From Chloroflexota bacterium (GTDB taxonomy: Bacteria; Chloroflexota; UBA6077; CF-72): a DNA stretch of 64,000 bases. Below the pieces are notes generated by a model, which did no database searches, was not told the DNA's origin, and saw only the letters and a list, made by a program, of their open reading frames with translations. Positions 18,535-27,678 of the stretch are shown here, piece by piece. The position numbers were made by a program, and so were the translations under genes. How positions within the stretch are numbered: position 1 is the stretch's first letter; each line of letters begins with the position of its first letter. The stretch covers positions 210,261-274,260 of the forward strand of contig JACPOP010000015.1 in the NCBI GenBank assembly GCA_016191465.1, read 5' to 3'.

Positions 18535-19338
18535 ATGGCCGCGATGTCGGCTATCGTCTCTGGCGTGAAGCTCGCCGTACTGTCCTGGGGCGGTGAAGAC
18601 CTCCCCGGGACCGCCGTGCTCGTCCACGGCATCACGTCCAACGCCCGGTCCTGGGCACGCGTCGCGGAGGCGCTGGTTGGGCGCGGTTACCGGGTCCTGG
18701 CACCCGACCTTCGTGGCCATGGGCGCACCGGGCCGGGCGATCGTGCCTACGGATTCCGCGACCTCGAGGCTGATCTTGCGGAGTCACTGCCGTGCGAGCC
18801 GGACGTGCTGATCGGCCACTCGCTCGGTGGCATCCTGTCGCTGCTCGCGGTCACGGATGGCCTGCTGAAGCCGAGGCGGCTGGTCCTGGAAGATCCAGCC
18901 ATCGTGCTGCCCTCGAAGGATTCCGCGGAGCGGTACGTGGCAAGCAGTCGCACGCAGCCCACCACAAGCGAGGCGATTCTGGCGGCAAACCCGTCGTGGC
19001 GTGTGGAAGATGCGGAAGCCAAGGCCGAAGCGCTGGCCGCACTCGACTGGGACGACATGCGGTTGCTGATGGAAGGGAACGCACCATGGGACGGCCGCTC
19101 GCGCCTCGCTGACCTCGTGGGGCTGCGCATCCCGACCCTGCTTATCCTGGCTGGCCCGAGTGACCTGGTACCGCCCGCGGAAGCCCGTCGTGCGGAAGCG
19201 ATCCTCGGCCCGGGCTCGACGGTGGTCGTCAACGGCGCCGGCCACAGCGTGCACCGGGACGCACTCCCGCGCTTCCTCGCGGCGCTCTTTGCCTGGCTGG
19301 ACCGCCCAGCGCCCCTCCCGGCCTCGGCCTCGGCCTGA
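18535..19338 (+). CDS. Alpha/beta-fold hydrolase
   Basis: VLVHGITSNARSW, nucleophile elbow GHSLGG, C-terminal GAGHSVH. Confidence 0.8.
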   Translation: MAAMSAIVSGVKLAVLSWGGEDLPGTAVLVHGITSNARSWARVAEALVGRGYRVLAPDLRGHGRTGPGDRAYGFRDLEADLAESLPCEPDVLIGHSLGGILSLLAVTDGLLKPRRLVLEDPAIVLPSKDSAERYVASSRTQPTTSEAILAANPSWRVEDAEAKAEALAALDWDDMRLLMEGNAPWDGRSRLADLVGLRIPTLLILAGPSDLVPPAEARRAEAILGPGSTVVVNGAGHSVHRDALPRFLAALFAWLDRPAPLPASASA

Positions 19339-19344
19339 CCGCGA

Positions 19345-19737
19345 CTACGCGCTCGGCGGCGGGACGCCGGGCGCCGCAAGGCCCGGGAGCGGCGCGGACT
19401 CGGACTCGGGCGCGGCGAGGGCCGGCTTCATGGCCGGGTCGTCGGTGTTCACGGAGCTCGCGGCCTGTGACTCCAGCTCGCGGATGCGCGCCTCCGCCCG
19501 CTTGAGCTGCTGGCCCAAGCTGCGGTGGCGGAGCTGCAAGCGGACCTCGCGTGCGACGCCGAGCAGGAGCATCACCCCGGCGCCCAGCGCGGCCGACACT
19601 AGGACCAGCACGGACACGGCCACACCATCGGCCCGGAGCACTAGGAATGTTACCGCCACTGGCACCGTGTTCTGCACGGCGAAAATGGCAATGACAATCG
19701 AAAAGGCGAGCGCGAGAAAGACGAAGACTTGCAGCAT
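19345..19737 (-). CDS. LapA/DUF1049-domain membrane protein
   Basis: FSIVIAIFAVQNTVPVAVTFL...LLLG, then a coiled-coil RLQLRHRSLGQQLKRAEARIRELE. ATG 19737 chosen over 19950. Confidence 0.6.
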   Translation of the reverse strand: MLQVFVFLALAFSIVIAIFAVQNTVPVAVTFLVLRADGVAVSVLVLVSAALGAGVMLLLGVAREVRLQLRHRSLGQQLKRAEARIRELESQAASSVNTDDPAMKPALAAPESESAPLPGLAAPGVPPPSA

Positions 19738-19789
19738 GCGATGGCCTTGTGCGCCGGGGGGTGCCTGGTCGCGCTTCGCCCGAAGGCTC

Positions 19790-20008
19790 TCAGCCGGCCG
19801 CTTCCTGGGCCGGACCGGGGGATCGGCGCCGGTCGCGGTCACCGCCGCCACCGCCACCGCCACCGCCGCCCATGCGGTCGCGTGGAACCTCGCGCGTCTG
19901 CCGCTCGTGCGGGGGGCGCGGGTCGTGAATGCCGCACAGGATGCGGCCATTCACCAGGTGTCGTGAGGGCTGGTCAACCTTGCGGTTGCACTCTTCGCAG
20001 CGAGCCAT
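19790..20008 (-). CDS. 72-aa protein with CxxC...CxxH zinc-knuckle N-terminus and a Gly10 / Arg-Asp-rich tail
   Basis: AAGGAG lies 7 nt upstream of ATG 20008. MARCEECNRK...ILCGIH...MGGGGGGGGGGDRDRRR. 52 nt upstream of the LapA-like gene on the same strand. Confidence 0.5.
   Translation of the reverse strand: MARCEECNRKVDQPSRHLVNGRILCGIHDPRPPHERQTREVPRDRMGGGGGGGGGGDRDRRRSPGPAQEAAG
19841..19870. repeat. Hexanucleotide tandem repeat (ACCGCC-type, ~5 units) encoding poly-Gly on the minus strand
   Basis: accgccgccaccgccaccgccaccgccgcc, read directly. Confidence 0.9.
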
Positions 20009-20282
20009 GCAGGAGCTCCTTACTCGGTCAGTCGTTGGTTCGTTCATTCGTTCGGCGTATGTTCGCTGGTTCGGTCAGGGCCGCCCAGAGGCAGTGGCCC
20101 ACGCTCACTGTAACCGAACGTCCGCACCGCTCTGGGGGATGGCCAGCGACGGTGCTAACGCCTGGCGTGGTTCCACGGCGCTGACCACCCGTCCTGCGCC
20201 CCCGCGACGTGGACCACGGAGGGCTGACGGCGATCGGTGTGGACGTTCGACCGCTTCCGCTGGATAATGCGCTCCAGAGACC

Positions 20283-20831
20283 ATGGGAGTGCTGACGGAG
20301 CGCCTGAGCCAGGACCTGCGGGATGCGATGCGCGCCGGCGACAGCGTGCGTCGCGACGAGATCCGCGGCGTGGTGGCCGCGCTCCGCGCTGAGCAGCAGG
20401 CCCGCCTCACCCGCGCGCTCGCGAAGCGGGGGCTCATCCTCCAGGGTGAAAACCAGCATCTCACCCCGGAGCAGGAGGCCGAGGTGGAGCGGATTCGGGC
20501 AGGCTCCGGGTTGACCGATGAGGAGGAGCTGGCAGTCCTGCTTCAGCGCGTGAAACAGCACCGTCAATCCATCGAAGGCTTCGAGCGAGGTGCGCGTGCT
20601 GACCTGGTGGCGATGGAGCAAGCGCAGCTCGCGGTGCTCGATGCGTACCTGCCCCAGCAGGCCGCCCCCGAAGACATCGACCGCGAAGTGCTGGCCGCGA
20701 TTGCGGACAGCGGCGCGAGTGGCCCGAGGGACATGGCCAGGGTTATGCAGGTCCTCTCGCCGAAGCTTCGCGGACGGGCGGACATGAAAGCCGTCAGCGC
20801 GCGTGTCCAGGCTCTCCTCGCGAGCGGCTGA
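20283..20831 (+). CDS. yqeY: GatB/YqeY-domain protein
   Basis: LSQDLRDAMRAGDSVRRDEIRGVVAALR...DIDREVLAAIADSGASGPRDMARVMQVL. Confidence 0.85.
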   Translation: MGVLTERLSQDLRDAMRAGDSVRRDEIRGVVAALRAEQQARLTRALAKRGLILQGENQHLTPEQEAEVERIRAGSGLTDEEELAVLLQRVKQHRQSIEGFERGARADLVAMEQAQLAVLDAYLPQQAAPEDIDREVLAAIADSGASGPRDMARVMQVLSPKLRGRADMKAVSARVQALLASG

Positions 20832-20858
20832 CCCCAACGGGTTGGGGGCACGATCGCG

Positions 20859-22367
20859 GTGGTAGTGCGGCCAGGCCCTCCTCCAGGGCCAGGGCTGGAT
20901 CCGGTTCAGGCCCGCGTTGGTGCGCTGGCGCGTGCCGCCGGAATTGGCGGCGCCACCGCCGTCCTGCTGTGCCTTGCACTCACGCTCACGTTTGTTCCAC
21001 GTGGGAACGACGTGCCGGACGAGCTGGTCTGGCGTTCCTTCGCCTCCTCGGGCCTGCTGGCGATCTCGCTGGTGGGTGTACTGGCCCTCTACCTGTGGCA
21101 CTTCCATCCGCGGACGGTCCGCAGCCCGCGGCGTTTGCTGTTCCTCGCGTCGCTCCTGGTCCTGACCGTGCTGGCCGCCAAAATTGTGACGGCGAGCCGT
21201 CCGCTGTGGGTCTTCGTGTTCCCCTTGGCGGCTGGATCGATGCTGGTGAGCACGCTCCTCGACGCGCGACTGGCCATCATGGTCGGGATGATCATGGCGG
21301 TGCTGGTTGCGTGGGTCTCTGGCGGGACGCTCGAGGTGGCCGTCATTCTCAGCGTCGGAGCCGCGACCGGGGCGCTGGGGGTCTGGCACAAGGAGCGGCT
21401 CCACGCGTTCTTCGTGGCAGGCCTGGGGGTGGCCGCCGCACAGGCCGTGGTCTGGCTGGCGTTCTTCCTGGCGCAGCGCTCGGAGGACTGGTCGTTGCTG
21501 GGCGTGGTCAGCTTTGAGCTGCTCGTGAATGGCCTGCTCTCGGCACTGCTGACCATCGGTAGCGTGACGCTGGTGGGCCGCCTCTTCGGCATCCTCACCA
21601 GGCTGCAGCTCCTTGAGCTCGCGAGTCCGACGCAGCCGTTGCTGCGGCGCCTGCTGAACGAGGCGCCCGGCACCTACCACCATTCCATCATGGTCGGCAA
21701 CCTTGCCGAACGCGCCGCGGAGGTCGTTGGCGCGGACTCCCTGTTGGTCCGGGTAGCTGCCTACTACCACGATGTTGGGAAGCTGGAGCGCCCCTGGGCA
21801 TTCATCGAGAACCAGGCGGACATGGGAGAAAATATCCACGACGCCCTCGAACCGATGGATTCCGCGCAACTGATCGCGGCCCACGTCGTGGACGGCATGG
21901 CGCTGGCCGAGAAGTACGAGCTGCCCGCGCCCGTGCGGGAGATGATCCCGCAGCACCACGGCACCCGAACCGTGAGCTTCTTCTATCAGCAGGCAGTCGA
22001 GCGGGCGGGCGAATCCGTTGACCCGGCTCCCTTCACCTACCCCGGGCCAAAGCCGCAGAGCCGCGAGGCGGCTCTGCTGATGCTGGCCGATAGCACCGAG
22101 GCCGCCGCGCGCGCGGCCCGCGATCACTCGCGCCCCGCGATCGAAGGCCTGGTGGACCAGATCGTTCGGGAGCGGCTCGAAGAGGGCCAGTTCGACGACT
22201 GCAATCTGACCCTGCGGGACCTGACCGTGATCAAGCGCTCCTTCGTGACGTTGCTCTCCGGCATGTACCACTCCCGCATTCCCTATCCTGCGAAGAAAGA
22301 CGAGGACCACGCGGATGCGCCCGATGGGCCCATCATGCTGCGGCCCCCTCGTGATGCCCATGCCTGA
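20859..22367 (+). CDS. pgpH: 7TM-receptor HD phosphohydrolase (PgpH/YqfF family, c-di-AMP phosphodiesterase-type)
   Basis: Seven TM helices followed by an HD domain (HHSIMVGNLAE, YYHDVGKL, IPQHHGT). Conserved position before ybeY. Confidence 0.85.
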   Translation: MVVRPGPPPGPGLDPVQARVGALARAAGIGGATAVLLCLALTLTFVPRGNDVPDELVWRSFASSGLLAISLVGVLALYLWHFHPRTVRSPRRLLFLASLLVLTVLAAKIVTASRPLWVFVFPLAAGSMLVSTLLDARLAIMVGMIMAVLVAWVSGGTLEVAVILSVGAATGALGVWHKERLHAFFVAGLGVAAAQAVVWLAFFLAQRSEDWSLLGVVSFELLVNGLLSALLTIGSVTLVGRLFGILTRLQLLELASPTQPLLRRLLNEAPGTYHHSIMVGNLAERAAEVVGADSLLVRVAAYYHDVGKLERPWAFIENQADMGENIHDALEPMDSAQLIAAHVVDGMALAEKYELPAPVREMIPQHHGTRTVSFFYQQAVERAGESVDPAPFTYPGPKPQSREAALLMLADSTEAAARAARDHSRPAIEGLVDQIVRERLEEGQFDDCNLTLRDLTVIKRSFVTLLSGMYHSRIPYPAKKDEDHADAPDGPIMLRPPRDAHA

Positions 22368-22866
22368 ACAACCCGTCCGCCTCACCGCCCTCCGTGCCGT
22401 CGTCGACGTTGAGCTTGCGGCCGATCCGATGCTCGACGGGGGCTGGGACGCCGTGCGGATTGAGTCGCTCGTCCAAAGCATCGTGGAGCGTGAAGTTGGC
22501 CCGGGCCATTACAGCATGGCGCTGTACCTGGTCGGCGATGACGAGATCCGCGCGCTCAACCGGGAGCACCGCGGACAGGATGCCCACACCGACGTGCTGT
22601 CGTTCCCGCTGCATGATCCGACCGGCATGCGCTTCGTAACGCCGCCCGACGAGCCGATAGCGCTTGGCGACGTGGTCGTGTCGTGGCCACGAGCGCTCGA
22701 ACAGGCGCGGGAATTCGGGCACACCCCAGCGCGCGAGATCGCCTACCTGGTCGCCCACGGTGTGCTGCACGTGCTGGGGTACGACCACGAGCGCGAGGCG
22801 GATCAGCGTGTCATGCGCGCACGCGAGGAGGAGTCCCTGGCGGCCTTTGGCCTGACCCGCGACTGA
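22354..22866 (+). CDS. ybeY: rRNA maturation endoribonuclease YbeY
   Basis: HGVLHVLGYDHE zinc motif. ATG 22354/22360 overlaps the pgpH stop (22365-67). Confidence 0.9.
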   Translation: MPMPEQPVRLTALRAVVDVELAADPMLDGGWDAVRIESLVQSIVEREVGPGHYSMALYLVGDDEIRALNREHRGQDAHTDVLSFPLHDPTGMRFVTPPDEPIALGDVVVSWPRALEQAREFGHTPAREIAYLVAHGVLHVLGYDHEREADQRVMRAREEESLAAFGLTRD

Positions 22867-22867
22867 C

Positions 22868-23248
22868 GTGGAGGATCGGCCGGCATCAGGTCTGACGCGG
22901 ACGGTGCGCTCGTTCCGCTACGCGCTGGACGGCGTTCGGAGCGTGGCCCTGCGCGAGCCGAACTTCCGCGTGCATCTGGCCGCGGGAGCCGGCGCCGTGG
23001 TAGCCGGGTGGCTCGCGGCATTGTCCGGCGCGGAGATGGCGGTGCTCGCGCTCACGATCGCCCTGGTGCTGACGGCCGAGGCGCTGAACACCGCCATCGA
23101 GGCCGCCGTGGACCTCGCGTCGCCCGAGTGGCACCCGCTCGCACAGCGCGCCAAGGATGCCGCGGCGGCCGGCGTCCTCCTTGCGGCGGTAGGCGCCGTG
23201 GGAGTTGGCGTGGCCTTGTTCGGGCCGCGGCTCGCGGGCCTGCGATAG
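22868..23248 (+). CDS. dgkA: Diacylglycerol/undecaprenol kinase family protein
   Basis: FRYALDG...NFRVHL...LVLTAEALNTAIEAAVDL. GTG start 1 nt after the ybeY stop. Confidence 0.85.
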   Translation: MEDRPASGLTRTVRSFRYALDGVRSVALREPNFRVHLAAGAGAVVAGWLAALSGAEMAVLALTIALVLTAEALNTAIEAAVDLASPEWHPLAQRAKDAAAAGVLLAAVGAVGVGVALFGPRLAGLR

Positions 23249-23270
23249 AGGGAGATTGCCGCGGGGTAAG

Positions 23271-24272
23271 CTACCCCTGCCAGCGCCAGGCTGCCGTGGC
23301 CCACGACAGACCCGCTCCGAACCCGGCCATGACGATGAGGTCGCCCGGCACGATGAGGCCGTCGTCCAGCGCTTCACACAGCGCAAGCGGGATACTAGCG
23401 GCAGACGTGTTGCCGTACCGTTGGACGTTCGTGAAGACCTTCGACTCGTCGATCCCGAGGCGCTTCACGGCCGCGTCGATGATGCGCACGTTCGCCTGGT
23501 GCGGGATCAGCAGGTCAATGTCACCCGGCACCAGCCCGGCACGATCGAGGGTCTGGCTCACCGACTCGGGAACGATGCGGGTGGCGAAGCGGAACACCTC
23601 CCGGCCCTGCATCTTTACATAATGTTTTCGTTCCGCGACCGTCTCGGCGGTTGTCGGCTCGCGGCTTCCGCCCGCTGGCACGTACAGGCTGCACGCGCCG
23701 GACCCGTCGCTGCCGAGCACGAACGATAGGAGCCCGCCGGGCTGCTCCGTGGACTGGAGCACCACCGCGCCGGCACCATCTCCAAACAGCACACAGGTCG
23801 AACGGTCCTGCCAGTCCAGGATGCGTGTGAACGTCTCCGCACCGATGACGAGCACGTTCCGGTAGGCTCCGCTGAGCACGAACTGGCTGGCGGTCGCGAG
23901 CGCATAGACGAAGCCGCTGCACACCGCGTTCAGGTCGAAGGCGCCAGCGCGGCGAGCGTGCAGCGCGTCCTGCACGAGCGAGGCAGTGGAAGGCATGCTG
24001 GCGTAGTCCGGGGTACAGGTGGCCACCATCACCAGGTCCAGGTCCTCGGCGGTGATACCTGCCCGCTGCATCGCCGCGGTCGCGGCTTCCGTCGCCAGCG
24101 TGCTGGTGGTTTCCCCCGGGCCGGCGATGCGACGCTCCTGGATGCCGGTCCGAGCCCTGATCCACTCGTCCGTGGTGTCGACCCGCCCTTCGAGAGCCGC
24201 ATTCGTCACGGATTCGCGCGGGAGGGCTTTGCCCCACCCCGCGATGCGAACGTACCGGGTGTTCGTGCTCAA
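23271..24272 (-). CDS. fabH: 3-oxoacyl-ACP synthase III
   Basis: AFDLNAVCSGFVYAL, HQANVRII, GNTSAASIPLAL, GFGAGLSW. TTG start overlaps the accB stop (TTGA). Confidence 0.95.
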   Translation of the reverse strand: MSTNTRYVRIAGWGKALPRESVTNAALEGRVDTTDEWIRARTGIQERRIAGPGETTSTLATEAATAAMQRAGITAEDLDLVMVATCTPDYASMPSTASLVQDALHARRAGAFDLNAVCSGFVYALATASQFVLSGAYRNVLVIGAETFTRILDWQDRSTCVLFGDGAGAVVLQSTEQPGGLLSFVLGSDGSGACSLYVPAGGSREPTTAETVAERKHYVKMQGREVFRFATRIVPESVSQTLDRAGLVPGDIDLLIPHQANVRIIDAAVKRLGIDESKVFTNVQRYGNTSAASIPLALCEALDDGLIVPGDLIVMAGFGAGLSWATAAWRWQG

Positions 24273-24730
24273 ATGCCGGGCTCCGGCTCGGCCGCGGAGC
24301 GTTCCGCCGGCTCGAGCAGGAGCAGCGGCTCGCCAGCGTGCGTGAGGGCGCCTGGCTCGGCCAGGAAGCGAACCACCCGCCCCGGACGATCGGCCGTCAC
24401 CTCGTTGAAAATCTTCATCGTCTCGATCAGCCCGACCACCGACTCGGCGTCGACCCAGTCACCTTCGGACACGTACGGCTTCGCCGTGGGCGAGGGGGCA
24501 CGGTAGAACACCCCGGTCAGCGGCGCTGCCACGCGGTGCAGGTGCGCATCGGCGGCGGCGGCCACACTGGGCGCTTCGCCCAGGCCCGTCGCCGCCACCA
24601 TCGCGCCCACGTTGCGTCGCAGGTGCACCGAGAAATCGCCGCGCGTGACGGAAAGCTCGGCGACGTCGCTCTCCGCAACCGCCTGCACCACCCGGCGCAC
24701 GGCGTCCAGCCAGGTTTGCTTCTCGCTCAC
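24269..24730 (-). CDS. accB: Biotin carboxyl carrier protein
   Basis: C-terminal biotinyl domain with VGLIETMKIFNEV (E-x-MK biotinylation motif). Confidence 0.85.
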   Translation of the reverse strand: MSEKQTWLDAVRRVVQAVAESDVAELSVTRGDFSVHLRRNVGAMVAATGLGEAPSVAAAADAHLHRVAAPLTGVFYRAPSPTAKPYVSEGDWVDAESVVGLIETMKIFNEVTADRPGRVVRFLAEPGALTHAGEPLLLLEPAERSAAEPEPGI

Positions 24731-24775
24731 GGCTGGCTCAGATGGCGCGATCGTCGCGCCTGGCCGATGCCACGG

Positions 24776-26047
24776 TCATTCGGCAAACCGCCGCAGGATC
24801 AGGGCCGTATTGTGCCCGCCGAAGCCAAACGAGTTGGACATGGCGGTATCGACACTCGCACAGCGTGAGGCATTTGGCACCACGTCCAACTGCACCTCGG
24901 GATCGAGCGCCTCCACGTTAATCGTCGGTGGAAGACAGCCATCCTGGATGACCTTGACGCAGATCATCGCCTCCACGACGCCGGCTGCACCGAGCAAGTG
25001 GCCCGTCATGCTCTTCGTCGACGACACGGGCGGAGCGTTGCCACCGAAGACGGAGCGCACCGCGCGCGCCTCGGACACGTCGCCGGCGGGCGTTGAGGTG
25101 GCGTGGGCGTTGACATAGCGGATCTCTGAAGGGTCTATGCGACCCTTACGAAACGCCATTCGCATGGCGCGGGCCGCGCCCTCGCCGCCCTCGCTGGGCG
25201 CGGTCATGTGGTACGCGTCGCCCGAGAGGCCGTAGCCAACCAGCTCGGCGTGGATGCGCGCTCCGCGGCGCCGGGCGTGTTCGAGCGATTCCAGCACCAC
25301 TGCCCCGGCCCCTTCCCCGAGCACGAAGCCGTCCCGCCCCGCATCAAACGGCCGGCTGGCCTTCTCGGGCTGCGCGTTCTGCCGCGAGAGGGCGCGCATG
25401 GAATCGAAGGCAGCCATCGTCAGGCGCGTAATCGCGGATTCGCAGCCGCCAGCGATCATGACGTCCGCATCGCCGCGGCGGATGATCTCCATGCCCTCGC
25501 CAAGGGCGTGGCCGCTGGTGGCGCACGCGCTCGACACGGCGTAGTTCGGGCCCTTCGCTCCCGTGCGGATAGACAGCAGGCCGCTGAGCATGTCGGGCAG
25601 GAACATCGGGATCGTGAACGGGCTGACGCGGTCCGGGCCTCGGCTGAGCAGCACTTCGATCTGCTCCACCATGGTGGTGAGGCCGCCAATCCCGCTGCCC
25701 AGCAGCACGCCGACCTGCTCGGCGTTGCTGTCGTCGATCGTGAGGCCAGAATCGTCCAAGGCCTGGTGGCCCGCGGCCAGCCCAAGCTGGAGGAAGCGGT
25801 CCAGGCGCCGCGCTTCCTTCCTGTCGAAGTACCGCAGGGGGTCGAAGCCCTTGACTTCGCCTGCGATCTTCACGTCCAGGTCGCTGCTGTCCACGAGCGT
25901 GATCGGCCCAATGCCCGAGCGGCCTGCAGTGAGGCCGGCCCACGTGGTGGCGAGGTCAAGCCCGAGTGGCGTGACTGCTCCCATCCCGGTGATGACGACG
26001 CGTCGCGCGTCTGGCTGCTGCGAGGTCGTGCCGGAGAGCGAAGTCAT
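24776..26047 (-). CDS. fabF: 3-oxoacyl-ACP synthase II
   Basis: RRVVITGMGAVTPLG, SSACATSGHA, NAHATSTPAGD, KSMTGHLLGAAG, SNSFGFGGHN. ATG 26047 chosen over 26470. Confidence 0.95.
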   Translation of the reverse strand: MTSLSGTTSQQPDARRVVITGMGAVTPLGLDLATTWAGLTAGRSGIGPITLVDSSDLDVKIAGEVKGFDPLRYFDRKEARRLDRFLQLGLAAGHQALDDSGLTIDDSNAEQVGVLLGSGIGGLTTMVEQIEVLLSRGPDRVSPFTIPMFLPDMLSGLLSIRTGAKGPNYAVSSACATSGHALGEGMEIIRRGDADVMIAGGCESAITRLTMAAFDSMRALSRQNAQPEKASRPFDAGRDGFVLGEGAGAVVLESLEHARRRGARIHAELVGYGLSGDAYHMTAPSEGGEGAARAMRMAFRKGRIDPSEIRYVNAHATSTPAGDVSEARAVRSVFGGNAPPVSSTKSMTGHLLGAAGVVEAMICVKVIQDGCLPPTINVEALDPEVQLDVVPNASRCASVDTAMSNSFGFGGHNTALILRRFAE

Positions 26048-26245
26048 GCTGCGTGCGCCTTCAGGTCTGGCTTGGAGTCCAGTGTGCGCGCCTGGCCAGG
26101 AGCCCAGCGCCACCGTCGCCGAGTATACGGGGGCTCTGCACGGCGGACCTGCCGCGCGGCCGGAACACTCCGGGGTTTTTACGAGAATGCATAGAATCAC
26201 CGCACCTTGAGGCTCGGCCCTGCCGATAGCTGAAGCACACCGGAC

Positions 26246-27385
26246 ATGCCTGTTTCCTCCACCAACAAGCGCGATTACTACGAGGTGCTCGGCGTCGGCC
26301 GAAGTGCATCGGACGACGACGTCAAGAAGGCGTACCGCAAGCTGGCGTTGCAGTTCCACCCGGACCGCAACACGGAACCGGACGCCACCGACAAGTTCAA
26401 GGAAGCCACCGAGGCGTACCAGGTTCTCGCTGATCCCGAGAAGCGCGGGATGTACGACCGCTACGGCCACGCCGCATTCGAGCGCAATGGCGGCGGCGCC
26501 GACTTCGGCAACTTTGCCGGGATCAACATCGAGGACATCTTCGAGTCGTTCTTTGGTGCCGCCGGCTCACGCGGCACGCGCCAGCGGGTCCAGCGTGGCC
26601 AGGACCTGCGCTACGACCTGCGGCTAACGCTGGAGGAAGCAGCCTTCGGCGTGGAGAAGGACATCACCAGCACGAAGAGCGTGGTGTGTGAGCGCTGCAC
26701 CGGTGCCGGGGTTGAGCCCGGCAGCGAGCCGGTCACCTGCGCGCGCTGCGCGGGCAGCGGCGAGATTCGACGGGCGCAGCAATCCATCTTCGGGCAGTTC
26801 GTCAACGTGACGCTGTGTGACCGCTGCAACGGCGAGGGCAAGGTCATCCCCGATCCGTGTACGGGCTGCCAGGGCCGGGGCCTCGTGCGAGGCCAGCGGA
26901 CGCTCCGAGTGAGCATTCCCCCCGGCGCCGACGACGGTTTGCAAATTCGCATCTCCGGCGAGGGCGAAGCCGCGCCGCGGGGCGGCATCCCGGGCCACCT
27001 GTACGTGGTGCTCCACGTGCAGCCGCACCGCTACTTCAAGCGGCAGGGCAGCGACCTGATGATGGAGGTTCCCATTAACGTCGCCCAGGCCACGCTCGGG
27101 ACCGAGTTCAAGGTGCAGGGGCTGGACGGGAAAGAGATCAACGTGAAGGTGCCCGCCGGCACCCAGAGCGGACGCATTCATCGCGTCAAGGGGGAGGGCG
27201 TGCCCCACCTGCGCGAGAACGGGCGAGGAGACCTCCAGGTCCACCTGAGGGTACGCATCCCAACCGAGCTCACCGATGAGCAGCGCAAGCTCTTCAAGCA
27301 GCTTGCTGCTACCTTCGGCACGACGAACGTCCCGAGCGAGAACAAGGGCTTCTTCGACAAGGTGAAGGACGTCTTCGGCGGCTAA
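26246..27385 (+). CDS. dnaJ: Chaperone DnaJ
   Basis: J-domain DYYEVLGV...HPDRN, G/F region, four CxxCxGxG zinc motifs, and a C-terminal domain. Confidence 0.97.
   Translation: MPVSSTNKRDYYEVLGVGRSASDDDVKKAYRKLALQFHPDRNTEPDATDKFKEATEAYQVLADPEKRGMYDRYGHAAFERNGGGADFGNFAGINIEDIFESFFGAAGSRGTRQRVQRGQDLRYDLRLTLEEAAFGVEKDITSTKSVVCERCTGAGVEPGSEPVTCARCAGSGEIRRAQQSIFGQFVNVTLCDRCNGEGKVIPDPCTGCQGRGLVRGQRTLRVSIPPGADDGLQIRISGEGEAAPRGGIPGHLYVVLHVQPHRYFKRQGSDLMMEVPINVAQATLGTEFKVQGLDGKEINVKVPAGTQSGRIHRVKGEGVPHLRENGRGDLQVHLRVRIPTELTDEQRKLFKQLAATFGTTNVPSENKGFFDKVKDVFGG
27341..27385. repeat. Left copy of 45-bp direct repeat (attL-like; native 3' end of dnaJ)
   Basis: AACAAGGGCTTCTTCGACAAGGTGAAGGACGTCTTCGGCGGCTAA. 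43/45 identical to 29211-29255. Confidence 0.85.
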
Positions 27386-27397
27386 ACCATTCTGAGC

Positions 27398-27640
27398 TCA
27401 AACGAGCCCTCCGGACGAAGTGAGCTGCGGCCGTTCGCCGGGGAGGATCCTGAGCTGCTGCCGAACCTGGATGCGTTTGGCGTCAAGATCGACGTCCTGG
27501 CTGCCCAGCCCCAGTGCTTCGCCCATGCGCAGGCCGGTGGCCAGCACGAACGTGCATAGCCGCTCGTACTCGTGGCCGCGGAGCACGGCCAGGAAAGCGC
27601 TCGCCCGGTCGGGTCTCAGGAGTTGCGGCTCCGCCTCGTC
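27398..27640 (-). pseudogene. Tyrosine recombinase (phage-integrase family) fragment, truncated
   Basis: LRPDRASAFLAVLRGHEYERLCTFVLATGLRMGEALGLGSQDVDLDAKRIQVRQQL matches the start of the catalytic domain (TGLRxGE...W.DVDL). It stops 12 nt from the repeat, so the R-H-R-Y part is missing. The upstream region is frameshifted. Confidence 0.6.
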
Positions 27641-27678
27641 GCCCGCGCTCCCCAGCGCGTCGCCGATCTCCACGCGGA

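Noticed and set aside
20239-20268. GTGGAC-N18-GATAAT promoter-like pair, 15 bp upstream of the yqeY ATG (would give a near-leaderless mRNA)
   Set aside because: The -35 is weak and the spacer is 18 nt. It cannot be distinguished from chance without TSS data, so it is not listed as a feature.
20028-22481. 817-aa ORF on the minus strand opposite yqeY-pgpH-ybeY. Similar long antisense ORFs occur elsewhere: 2213..3295, 4576..5961, 7450..8151, 17068..18720, 25208..26194, 34213..35313, 36082..37854, 45998..46606, 57463..58611 and 58611..59471.
   Set aside because: All lie opposite genes with unambiguous family motifs. They have Arg/Gly/Pro/Ala-dominated composition typical of antisense frames in high-GC genomes, and none shows a recognisable domain.
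26161-26190. CCGGA-acac-TCCGG hairpin followed by GGTTTTTA upstream of dnaJ
   Set aside because: The stem is only 5 bp and no upstream plus-strand gene needs terminating. A possible attenuator, but the evidence is too thin.
24776-26470. 141-aa N-terminal extension of fabF (ORF start 26470)
   Set aside because: KAS II homology begins at MTSLSG...RRVVITGMGAV (ATG 26047). The extension overlaps the dnaJ start region on the opposite strand.
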